This document shows, piece after piece, positions 43,305 through 52,058 of a DNA stretch of 64,000 nucleotides. The translations under genes were made by a program, and so were the position numbers. The stretch is taken from positions 147,581-211,580 of the forward strand of contig JBMOPU010000012.1 in the NCBI GenBank assembly GCA_049322955.1. Reading direction: 5' to 3'. Under the pieces are notes generated by a model, which was not told the origin of the DNA, did not search any database, and worked only from the letters and a program-made list of their open reading frames with translations. The stretch's first letter is position 1; the number at the start of each line of letters is the position of its first letter. This stretch comes from Patescibacteria group bacterium (lineage in GTDB: Bacteria; Patescibacteriota; Microgenomatia; UBA10105; UBA927).

Positions 43305-43455
43305 AGATTTCAATCTTAATATCTTTTTTCGAGTACCGGAAATACTCTACTTTTTATTTCGGTGTCGAGAGGGGAAAGCGGTGAGAAAACGTACTTTGTG
43401 TGGAGGGTTGATAGTTGGGCAGGCTGTCAACTCTCCACTGAGAGTACGTTTTTTT
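43305..43455 (+). ncRNA. Candidate small RNA or attenuator (plus strand)
   Basis: TTGACA(43271)-17 nt-TACAAT(43294); two long hairpins, the second ending in U7. Confidence 0.45.
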
Positions 43456-43491
43456 ATGCATGCGTTTGTCTAACACGATGCGGCTGGTTAT

Positions 43492-43845
43492 ATGAGTATG
43501 AAAGAACGCGCGTTTGTCATTCATTGGGATGAAGTACCGGATGATGAAATTAATGATTTACCCGTACATATGCGGGGACCGTCTCGGGTGATAAACGGCG
43601 TTATTCGCCGGGCAACCGATGTTCAACGGGTACCCTTTGTTCCTTCTGACCCTCCGGCTACCGTCGTAATTTATCATCGTCCGCTTGCAATCATGAGCGG
43701 GCTTAGGGACTTTGCAAAAAAAGGAGAATCAGTGGTGTTGTATGGGACAAGGCGCAGTGTCTGTGTGGCGGAAGCATATGACATATTAAGCGCGGTGGTG
43801 GGAAGAGCACATATTCGGGTAAGTAAGGGTGGCACATTTGATTAA
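43492..43845 (+). CDS. Hypothetical protein with a weak cysteine-hydrolase-like motif
   Basis: 'ESVVLYGTRRSVCVAEA' resembles the isochorismatase G-x5-CV motif. Confidence 0.5.
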   Translation: MSMKERAFVIHWDEVPDDEINDLPVHMRGPSRVINGVIRRATDVQRVPFVPSDPPATVVIYHRPLAIMSGLRDFAKKGESVVLYGTRRSVCVAEAYDILSAVVGRAHIRVSKGGTFD

Positions 43846-43875
43846 TAGTCGTATTCGGGTACTATATGAAGATAT

Positions 43876-44445
43876 ATGCAAAAACCGATTCGCGTGGGAT
43901 TCGATTTTGACGGGGTGATCGCCTATAATCCCGCCCGGCTCGCCAGGCTTCCCATAGCGATAGTGAAGCGGTACCTCTTCGGTGAAAAGAAGATTACGTT
44001 TTTCGTTCCCAAAACACCGATTCAAAAAACATTGTGGGCGGTTGCGCATGAATCAAGTCTGTTTCCGTCCCGCGGTGCCTGGCTACTCAAAAAGCTCACC
44101 AAAGAGGGTGTTATTGAAGCACATCTTGTGACAAGCCGTTTTTCATTTTTGGAACCGAATCTCCGACAGTTTTTGAAACGGTGGGATTTGGAAGATTGTT
44201 TTACCAGCATTACGTTAAACACCGAGGAATTACAGGCACATGAATATAAAGAACAGGTGATCCGTCGGAAAAAATTTGATTATTTTATCGAAGACAACTG
44301 GGATATCGTATCGCATCTGCATCGATCAAACCTGAAAACCAACATACACTGGATTTATAATCTTCTTGACCGACATGTCGTATATACACGCAAGCATCCG
44401 TATCTCGAGCATGCCCTTCAGGCGATTCTTAAAGAAAGGAAATAG
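43876..44445 (+). CDS. HAD-superfamily protein (5'(3')-nucleotidase-like)
   Basis: Motif I 'GFDFDGVI', 'LVTSR', 'K', 'FIEDN'. Confidence 0.75.
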   Translation: MQKPIRVGFDFDGVIAYNPARLARLPIAIVKRYLFGEKKITFFVPKTPIQKTLWAVAHESSLFPSRGAWLLKKLTKEGVIEAHLVTSRFSFLEPNLRQFLKRWDLEDCFTSITLNTEELQAHEYKEQVIRRKKFDYFIEDNWDIVSHLHRSNLKTNIHWIYNLLDRHVVYTRKHPYLEHALQAILKERK

Positions 44446-44448
44446 CAC

Positions 44449-45600
44449 ATGAAGGTGCTTTTTACGGTTACGTATTTTACCCCGTATGTGTCCGGTCTCA
44501 CGCTTGCCGTGCAACGATGGGCGGAAGGGCTGAGTCTTCTCGGTCATCAGGTGACGGTGCTTACCATGCGGCATGATCCGTCGTTACCCCGTACCGCGCG
44601 GCAGGGAGCACTTCATATCCGACGTGTCCCTTGGCTCATAAAAATCAGTAAGGGATTTCTTTCTCTAGTCTGGTGGAAAGAGGCGTGGGAGTTAAGTAAG
44701 CGCCATGATGTCGTGGTGGTCCATTTGCCTCAGCCTGAGGCAATCATCGTCGTCGTTGCGGCAAAGTTACTGGGCAAACGGATTGTCGCGGTGTATCACT
44801 GTGAAATATCGTTGCCTGCGGGATTTTTTTCCCAAATCATCCAATCGCTCATGGAAGTTTCCCATTTTGGGTGCATGATGCTTGCCGATAGCGTCGTTAC
44901 TTATACAACCGATTATGCAACGCACAGCCGACTTATCCGGTTGTGGGAACGATTCACGAAAAAACACATTACTGCAATCGTTCCGCCAATTCCTCTTTTT
45001 GCCGCTTCAAGACGCGACGTTGCCTCGTTTCGGAAAAAGATAGGATCGGCGGATATTGTTCTGGGTCTTGCCGCACGTATTGCCGCAGAAAAGGGCATAG
45101 AGTACTTACTCGCGGCACTGTCACGTATCGGGCGCGCCCATAAGGGAAAACGGGTCATTCTTGCCGTTGCAGGTCCGGTACCGGTCGGTGAAGGATTGTA
45201 CGGCAAGAAGATCTCATCGCTCGTCAAACAGTATGGCAACACGGTCATATTTTTGGGGAGCATTCCTCCGCACATGATGGCATCGTTTTATCGTTGCCTC
45301 GATATATTGGTATTGCCATCTATTAACGGCACGGAAAGCTTCGGTATGGTGCAAGTTGAGGCGATGCTCGCGGGTGTGCCCGTTATTGCCACTTCCTTGC
45401 CCGGCGTGCGGGTGCCGATTCAAAAAACCGGCATGGGTATTCTCATTCCGCCGAAAGATGAAACCGCAATTGCCGACGCGGTGACAGCACTTCTTCGGAA
45501 TCCGGCTTCTTACCGTCGGGAGCAAGCCGACATACGGCGGATTTTTTCCGAGGAAGAGAGTGTCCAGGCAATGGCGACCGTGGTTACAGGTTTATCATGA
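44449..45600 (+). CDS. Glycosyltransferase family 4
   Basis: 'YFTPYVSGLT', 'RIAAEKG', 'ESFGMVQVEAMLAGVPV'. Confidence 0.92.
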   Translation: MKVLFTVTYFTPYVSGLTLAVQRWAEGLSLLGHQVTVLTMRHDPSLPRTARQGALHIRRVPWLIKISKGFLSLVWWKEAWELSKRHDVVVVHLPQPEAIIVVVAAKLLGKRIVAVYHCEISLPAGFFSQIIQSLMEVSHFGCMMLADSVVTYTTDYATHSRLIRLWERFTKKHITAIVPPIPLFAASRRDVASFRKKIGSADIVLGLAARIAAEKGIEYLLAALSRIGRAHKGKRVILAVAGPVPVGEGLYGKKISSLVKQYGNTVIFLGSIPPHMMASFYRCLDILVLPSINGTESFGMVQVEAMLAGVPVIATSLPGVRVPIQKTGMGILIPPKDETAIADAVTALLRNPASYRREQADIRRIFSEEESVQAMATVVTGLS

Positions 45601-47251
45601 TGCCGTACTTATCGGAAAAAGGGATATAGGTTGCCTCAGGATAGGTATCGGTAAAATCCTGTTTAAATTCTCCGGGGAGCGTCAGGATAATAACATACCG
45701 GCCGGGTATCTTTGACCGTAGAAAGTCCTGATGGTATTTCGTGGTGATCCCGGGTGCGGTGGTTTGGGGGAAAAACGGAAAGAAATATCCTAACGCAAAC
45801 GACGGAAACGCGGCTACATATATGGATCGTCCGGGATAATATGCGTTGACATGATGGATAATAGCCGCATCCTCAATCATTGCCTCTTCCTTGGTCGCCG
45901 TTTGCACATAATGAATATTGATGCCCGCATAGATCGCCAATGCGACCATCGCGATGAAAAACGGCACCCGTTTTTTCAGAGTAAGGAGGGCAAATGGTGA
46001 TGCGGATATTACGGCGATGAAGGGGAATGCGAGTGTCAGTCGATGATACGCGGGCGGAGGAATGGTGAGTACCATACCCGTGATATACGTCAACACAACG
46101 GTAAGCATAATCAGCCAAATTGCGATATGCCGAGACATTCTTATGAACAGAAACGCCGTGCCCCAGAGAAAAAACAGGAGTCCTACCGGCGGAAAAAATG
46201 CCTGCTGATGAAACGTATAGCCACCGTGTCCGCCGACCCCGTCCTTCACAAAAGATGAAAGCGAAAGAACGGTGTTATCCCATATGACTTTTCCCGTTTC
46301 CGACACCGTATGGCCGGCCGTTTTATACACGGACCAGGTGCCGTTGATAAGCGACACCTGTTGTATCCTTCCCGCAAAATAGTTTTCTTGTGTCAGTGCA
46401 TACGTCACAAACGGGGCGAGCACAACGATGACGCCGATAGTTATCCAGGTGATGATGCGGACGGGATGGGCCTTCCTGGCAAACAACGCGTGAATAACCG
46501 CGACAAGAAGGATGGGAAGAGCGATATACGAGGAAGGATACGACAGATAACACAGTCCTGCGGTGATTCCGGTCGTTACCAGACGAAAGCGCGTGTAGCG
46601 CTTTTGCAGACGCAGGAGAGAAACAAAAAAGAGCATATAAACCGCGGTGCTTGAGATAAAGTGCAGTCCCAGTGTTTCATGGTAGATGCTGATTGCCATA
46701 AAGGCATACAGGATAACCGCCGCAATACCGGCTATCCTGCCGAAAAGCGTGCGGGCGATAAGGTAAGTGCATACAGTGACCACGAAAATATACGGAAGTA
46801 CGGAGAGTTTAACCGTAAGGACACTGGCGCCCGTCATACTGAGGAAGAGTTTCTGGAACAGAAAATACGGAGTGGGAAATTTAGCCACCCACGCGTCTCC
46901 CGGGGGAATTCCCGAAAAGAAGTTGGTCGTGAGGGGATGATAATTTTGAGAAAAAGTAGCGGTTAACAGATCATCTCCGTGGATGCGGTCAGGCTGATAG
47001 AGGAGTACCCGTACCACGATCGGGAGGAACATGATGGCGAGAATAAACAGTCTTTTTTTCGTCAATTGCGGAAACGTCATTTTGGGTATCCTTGAGGGGA
47101 TTCCCGCGGTAAGAACGAGCAGAATTGCAAGTGCCCAAAGGAATACAAGCGGCAACGAGTACCGATTTGTCGCAATAAAAAAACACAGATACAGCGTCAC
47201 GGCTCCCGCAAGCAAGAGGGATGCAATGGTGTACGGCCGAGTATTACTCAT
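45584..47251 (-). CDS. GT-C membrane glycosyltransferase (ArnT/PMT, family 39-like)
   Basis: 'IHGDD' acidic motif after the first helices; many TMs; start at MSNTRP. Confidence 0.75.
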   Translation of the reverse strand: MSNTRPYTIASLLLAGAVTLYLCFFIATNRYSLPLVFLWALAILLVLTAGIPSRIPKMTFPQLTKKRLFILAIMFLPIVVRVLLYQPDRIHGDDLLTATFSQNYHPLTTNFFSGIPPGDAWVAKFPTPYFLFQKLFLSMTGASVLTVKLSVLPYIFVVTVCTYLIARTLFGRIAGIAAVILYAFMAISIYHETLGLHFISSTAVYMLFFVSLLRLQKRYTRFRLVTTGITAGLCYLSYPSSYIALPILLVAVIHALFARKAHPVRIITWITIGVIVVLAPFVTYALTQENYFAGRIQQVSLINGTWSVYKTAGHTVSETGKVIWDNTVLSLSSFVKDGVGGHGGYTFHQQAFFPPVGLLFFLWGTAFLFIRMSRHIAIWLIMLTVVLTYITGMVLTIPPPAYHRLTLAFPFIAVISASPFALLTLKKRVPFFIAMVALAIYAGINIHYVQTATKEEAMIEDAAIIHHVNAYYPGRSIYVAAFPSFALGYFFPFFPQTTAPGITTKYHQDFLRSKIPGRYVIILTLPGEFKQDFTDTYPEATYIPFSDKYGIMINL

Positions 47252-49031
47252 AGAGCAGGGGTAAAAGATCATTATATGAAATACGCCGGACATTTTTAAG
47301 AATAATAACTTTCGGATGATCATATACGGTGAACGTTTCATCGGCGTAATCGTCGATAACGGTTATCCCGGAGGAAGGACACTCTTCAATCGGGCGTGAT
47401 ACCGCACCATAGGAAAAAAATGGCATACGGAGGCACAACGGAGGGATGGGAAGGGGTATGGTAGGTCGCGAGGTGAATTGTTTGGCTACCGTGTAGCCGA
47501 GTTTTCCGGCAAGCAGATTTTCATAAAATCTACTGGTTTGCGGAAACCGATGTTTTGCCCGGAGTAGTGCTCCATAGGCACGATTACTGGAAAGGATGAG
47601 GTAATCCGAACGGGATAGTACATCGGCAATCTTGGGCATTTTTTCCTTGTCGTCAGGATCAAATGAAGGAAGCTGTATCTGTTGATATACGGAAGGGGAT
47701 AGTTCGCGCATGGGAAACGGAAGCGGATCATCCCAATGTTCCCATGCGATCGCACTTCCCCGGGGAAGTGTCGTATATATCCAAATATTTGCGGCTATCC
47801 GCGAGTGGGTGGTGGTATAGACCGAAAGGAATGCGGTCGGCCACGCAGACAGCGTGATTCCGAGGAGGAATATACCCCAAATACCTGCCGCTCCGGTATG
47901 GGGCAATGATCGGGATATCTTTTTTGCGATTCCGTACAGAAATAATCCGGAAAGCACAGCGAGAGAAGGATAGGCCGTCCAAACGTATCGCATCGGTTTT
48001 GCAAACTGCAATGACTGGTAGGTGAGGACAAGAATAATCCAGGCAATAATGATGCCGATTGCCGTTTTGTTTCTCCCCGAGAGTACGCGAAAAAGGAAAT
48101 AGCAAAATGCGCCGAGCGTGATACTGCCCAGAGGAATACCGAGTCCCCAAACTAGCAGATCCAACGGTACCTGCCATGGATGAACGCCGATCCACTGAAT
48201 ACCGGGTGGAAATCCCGTCGTCGGTCCATCAAAAGAGGCGAGTTGCTTCCAGTTGTTGATGACATCTTGGTTTATCGCCCAACCCGCGAATAGATACGGA
48301 TATGCGACCCGTACGGTCGCCATAAATCCGATAAAAAAACTACTTCCTTGGAGCAGGAGGCGGGAAAAGTGTTTTTTGGTATCAGTTCTCCAATGAAAGC
48401 CGGTGAATAACGCAATGACGCAAATCGGGAGGATAAGAACGGCGGAAATTTTTGCGCTTACGGCAAACCCCACGGCTATACCCGTCAGGATGTCCACTTT
48501 ATGGCGTATCAGGCGGTATAGGGCAATGGTAGTGAATGCGGTGACGTACGGATCAACCGTAAAAAAATGTGATAACTGTATGGGGATCACGGACACGGCG
48601 TAACAAAACCCGGCGAGAATGCCCGCCCAGATACTTTTGGTGAGGTGATAGGCAATAAGGATGACAAAAAATAGCGTGACAAGGTCGGCGGATGCAGACA
48701 GTAATCGGCCAACGATAGCAATGCCGTCATAGGTGGCGCGTCCGGAAAGGGTGGCAATAAGTTTAGTAAGATGCACGGGATAGGTGCCATAGACATAAAA
48801 GGAAAAATCCCTATTATGCGGATTGAGGGGAGAGGCTGACGTATCAAAATATTCGGCAACGGTACGCGGCCAGGATATATTCGTCGCTACCATGGTAAGA
48901 AACCGCTCGTCGGGGTGAAGGTGTGCCGACTGATCCCAATTGATACCCGTAAAGCGAAAAAAAGCGGCAAAAACCATCACTGCGATAGCAAAAAACTTCG
49001 CCGTTCCGGTTACTGTTTCAGTTTGTTTCAT
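47244..49031 (-). CDS. GT-C membrane glycosyltransferase (family 39-like)
   Basis: 'RFTGINWD...HLHPDERF', 'SHFFTVD', 'EHWDDPLP', 'DETFTVYDHP'; start at MKQTET. Confidence 0.82.
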   Translation of the reverse strand: MKQTETVTGTAKFFAIAVMVFAAFFRFTGINWDQSAHLHPDERFLTMVATNISWPRTVAEYFDTSASPLNPHNRDFSFYVYGTYPVHLTKLIATLSGRATYDGIAIVGRLLSASADLVTLFFVILIAYHLTKSIWAGILAGFCYAVSVIPIQLSHFFTVDPYVTAFTTIALYRLIRHKVDILTGIAVGFAVSAKISAVLILPICVIALFTGFHWRTDTKKHFSRLLLQGSSFFIGFMATVRVAYPYLFAGWAINQDVINNWKQLASFDGPTTGFPPGIQWIGVHPWQVPLDLLVWGLGIPLGSITLGAFCYFLFRVLSGRNKTAIGIIIAWIILVLTYQSLQFAKPMRYVWTAYPSLAVLSGLFLYGIAKKISRSLPHTGAAGIWGIFLLGITLSAWPTAFLSVYTTTHSRIAANIWIYTTLPRGSAIAWEHWDDPLPFPMRELSPSVYQQIQLPSFDPDDKEKMPKIADVLSRSDYLILSSNRAYGALLRAKHRFPQTSRFYENLLAGKLGYTVAKQFTSRPTIPLPIPPLCLRMPFFSYGAVSRPIEECPSSGITVIDDYADETFTVYDHPKVIILKNVRRISYNDLLPLLYE

Positions 49032-50697
49032 ATCGGCAAATATCCGCGGTTTTATAAAGTCTGAGATCCGTTTGCGCGTTGCGGTATGCATACGAAAGGG
49101 ATTGCCATAATTCCCGATTCGGGTGAAGGTATGACTCGGGTGCAGGGTTGACTTCCGCCCAGTGAACACCGTGCGAACGGAGTTCGTGACAGAGGTTTTG
49201 GATTGTTTTTGCTTCATATATGCGGATAAGTGACGCCTCCCGTACACCCTGGTCGTACCCATAGGACCACGTGAAGTACGTGTATCCCGAGTAGAGTGAT
49301 CGCCCGGCGATGCTCGCAGGGTGGTAAAACCAGGTGGTATTGGCGATCACATCGGTCACCTTTGTATTTGCGGCGATAAATGCCGCATCAGGATTAGCCG
49401 CAATATCAGGAACACTCCCGCTGGTGTCGTTTAAGACGGGGAACAAATCAATGACACCCGATAACGTGAGGAGCAAGACAAGAACCATACCGATGATGAG
49501 ACTTACGATGTGGCGAAGGAAGGGGAGTGTTCGGCTACGGATAACCCGAACCAGCCAGATAACCGCAGTGGCGGAAAACATATTGCCGAGTATAACGGCG
49601 AAGTTGAAAAACTTGTGGTTATTGATCATATCGGAGGAAAACCGGAAACAATTACCCAGAAGGAACAGCACCAATACCGGAGGAGCAAGCGTGCGTCTCG
49701 TTTCTTTCGGCGCTAAAAACATCCCCAGCGGCACAAGGAGCAGGTGAAGACCGATATTTCCCCCCCAAAATTGTAAAAAGGTACGAACCGTTAACGGGGC
49801 ACGCATAAGATATCCGGGTTCCCAGGTAATTACCGAGGTGACGTTCCCCAACAGCCGCACGATGCCGTACGTAACAAGACTTATTCCGAAGCTTATGAAT
49901 AATGCCGGCCGATGCGCTTTCCGCAAAAGGAATAGCCAACCCACAAAAAGCACCGCTATCCCCGTTACGGCAAAGTTAACCGTCATAAGGACGCTGATAA
50001 GGATGCCGAGCCAGACACCCCAGGTTTTGGTAAGTTTCGGTTTTTCATATAAGAGCAGGAGAATAAGGAGGAGGAGTCCGTAAGAAAGCGCGAGGTGGCG
50101 TTGATTGGTATAAATGTTGAGCGTCCAGAAGGCGGTGATGTTTCCGTTATCCCAGGGGCCGAAAACGGGGAATACGCTATTGGTCACAATATCCAAACCC
50201 GTAGAAGGGGACAGGGGATGGCGGGCAAAAAATGAAAGAAATCCGAGTGAGCCGTTGAAAAGAAAAAATATCACCGAAAGAAGCCCTATCCGAACCGATC
50301 GGAAGAGTTTTTTAGCCAGGTAATAAATGCAGAGGAGAAGAAGTGTCATCCCCACAGCACTCGGTATATTAAGTGCCTGATCAATACGAAACCCGATCTT
50401 TTCCAAAAGTCCGACGAATGCGTAAAAACCGAAGTGATAGCGGATCGGTTCTCCCGGATACAGCGGCGACTCTATGGGACGCAACGTCAATAATCTCTGA
50501 AAATTCGGTCCTTCGGAAAACGAACGAATAAGCGGGATGTGCGCGCCGAAATCGCTCCAAAGTTTTGAACCGATACGCATTTCGTTTCGCGATGCATCGT
50601 ATGAGAATCCGCGAGCCATGAGAACATAGGAAAACAAAAATGCCGCGAGCACGGCAAGAAAAAACACACCCCGTGACGACATGATGGTCTGTTTCAT
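49018..50697 (-). CDS. GT-C-like membrane protein
   Basis: 'WSDFGAHIPLIRSF', 'PLYPGEPIRYHF', 'NQRH', 'NNHKF'; about 12 TMs. Confidence 0.72.
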   Translation of the reverse strand: MKQTIMSSRGVFFLAVLAAFLFSYVLMARGFSYDASRNEMRIGSKLWSDFGAHIPLIRSFSEGPNFQRLLTLRPIESPLYPGEPIRYHFGFYAFVGLLEKIGFRIDQALNIPSAVGMTLLLLCIYYLAKKLFRSVRIGLLSVIFFLFNGSLGFLSFFARHPLSPSTGLDIVTNSVFPVFGPWDNGNITAFWTLNIYTNQRHLALSYGLLLLILLLLYEKPKLTKTWGVWLGILISVLMTVNFAVTGIAVLFVGWLFLLRKAHRPALFISFGISLVTYGIVRLLGNVTSVITWEPGYLMRAPLTVRTFLQFWGGNIGLHLLLVPLGMFLAPKETRRTLAPPVLVLFLLGNCFRFSSDMINNHKFFNFAVILGNMFSATAVIWLVRVIRSRTLPFLRHIVSLIIGMVLVLLLTLSGVIDLFPVLNDTSGSVPDIAANPDAAFIAANTKVTDVIANTTWFYHPASIAGRSLYSGYTYFTWSYGYDQGVREASLIRIYEAKTIQNLCHELRSHGVHWAEVNPAPESYLHPNRELWQSLSYAYRNAQTDLRLYKTADICRYETN

Positions 50698-50701
50698 ATT
50701 G

Positions 50702-51988
50702 TTACGCGTTTTCCGAAAGTATGGCGGTTGCCGCGGTAATCCCGAGTTCCACGGCATAGTTCGTCCCTCTGTCCCACGGCACCACGAAATCCATGTTGGC
50801 AAGGTAGGTATGGGGAACGGGTGTTTTGATAGGCGGAATACGTGTTGAATACCTCAATTCGTGCACCGGTTGGGCAAATGGGCCGACAAAAAGGAACGCA
50901 TCGGTGATTTTTACATTTCCCTCACTTTCGGCAAGTCTTCGTATATACGGCATAAATGTTTTGAGGAGTTCTTGTTTGGTGAAAGAAAGATACGGATGAC
51001 CCTGAGGGAGATAGTTTCCGAAATAGGTGAGATGTTTGCCTCCATAGTGCGACGCATCCATAAAATTGGTATGTGCGACCGCCGCAAGAAACGGATACGT
51101 CCGGTCATTTACATTCAGCCAATAGATATTTTTGAGGATCGGCCTTGTCGTCTCAACAATAAGTACCTGCGCATGGACGTGCGGAATCTCGGCAAGCCCG
51201 TTCGAATAGTTGCCGTTGAGCGCCGGCATGATGCGAAGCGCAAGGGGGGTTGGAACGGTAAGAAGGATGCGATCAAAGGTTTGTTTCCCATTTTTCCAGG
51301 TCAGCTCGATTGATCTGTCTTTTTTTTGCACGATTTTTTCAATCGGCGTGCCGGTTCTGATGACACCGCCCTGTGCCGTAATACGGTCCTGAAGCGCTTC
51401 GATAAGCGTATGAAACCCTCCGTCTATATAGCATAGCGACGGAGTGCGCTTCACTATCCTTGCCCAAAACCAGGAGGCGGCAATTTTTGGCGCATACATA
51501 TGAAATTTCCCATACATAAGAGGCTCCCAGAGCGTCTTCCAGGCATTTTTCCCACCGATTGCAATCAAAAGTTGTTCAGTACGAAAGCGCTCCAAGAGTC
51601 GCCAAAATGGAAAGAGTTTGAGAAATCCCAAGAGGATTGCGGTCCGAACTTTGTCGATCGGTGAAAGCCCCGGGAAGGTAAAAAGATTCACCGGGGAATC
51701 CAATTGATAGAATTTTTCGTGCCACATGGTGGATGTGATCGGGCGTTTGATGATGAGTTTGTCTTCAATGTCCAGTTCCTTGATAAGTCCGATGATGGCG
51801 CGATCGTTGGTGAAAAGATGATGGTATGCGCCTTCAATATGCCAGTCCCAGGTTTTCTTCCGAAACCCGTAGGCCAACCCGCCAAGTGTTGTTTCTTTTT
51901 CAAAGACGGTAACCGAATGTCCCGCTTTTGTAAGCTGATATGCCGCGGTGAGTCCGGTAAAACCGCCGCCGATTATTGCAATTTCCAT
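50702..51988 (-). CDS. FAD-dependent oxidoreductase (protoporphyrinogen oxidase/amine oxidase-like)
   Basis: 'IAIIGGGFTGLTAA..L...G..V.VFEK....GGL', 'YHHLF', 'DRGTNYAV'. Confidence 0.88.
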   Translation of the reverse strand: MEIAIIGGGFTGLTAAYQLTKAGHSVTVFEKETTLGGLAYGFRKKTWDWHIEGAYHHLFTNDRAIIGLIKELDIEDKLIIKRPITSTMWHEKFYQLDSPVNLFTFPGLSPIDKVRTAILLGFLKLFPFWRLLERFRTEQLLIAIGGKNAWKTLWEPLMYGKFHMYAPKIAASWFWARIVKRTPSLCYIDGGFHTLIEALQDRITAQGGVIRTGTPIEKIVQKKDRSIELTWKNGKQTFDRILLTVPTPLALRIMPALNGNYSNGLAEIPHVHAQVLIVETTRPILKNIYWLNVNDRTYPFLAAVAHTNFMDASHYGGKHLTYFGNYLPQGHPYLSFTKQELLKTFMPYIRRLAESEGNVKITDAFLFVGPFAQPVHELRYSTRIPPIKTPVPHTYLANMDFVVPWDRGTNYAVELGITAATAILSENA

Positions 51989-52058
51989 GTTTTCAATTGT
52001 ATCAAATAGGATTTTTCTTGCAGAACCGGATGTCGGTGCAGTATATAATGAATCCCAT

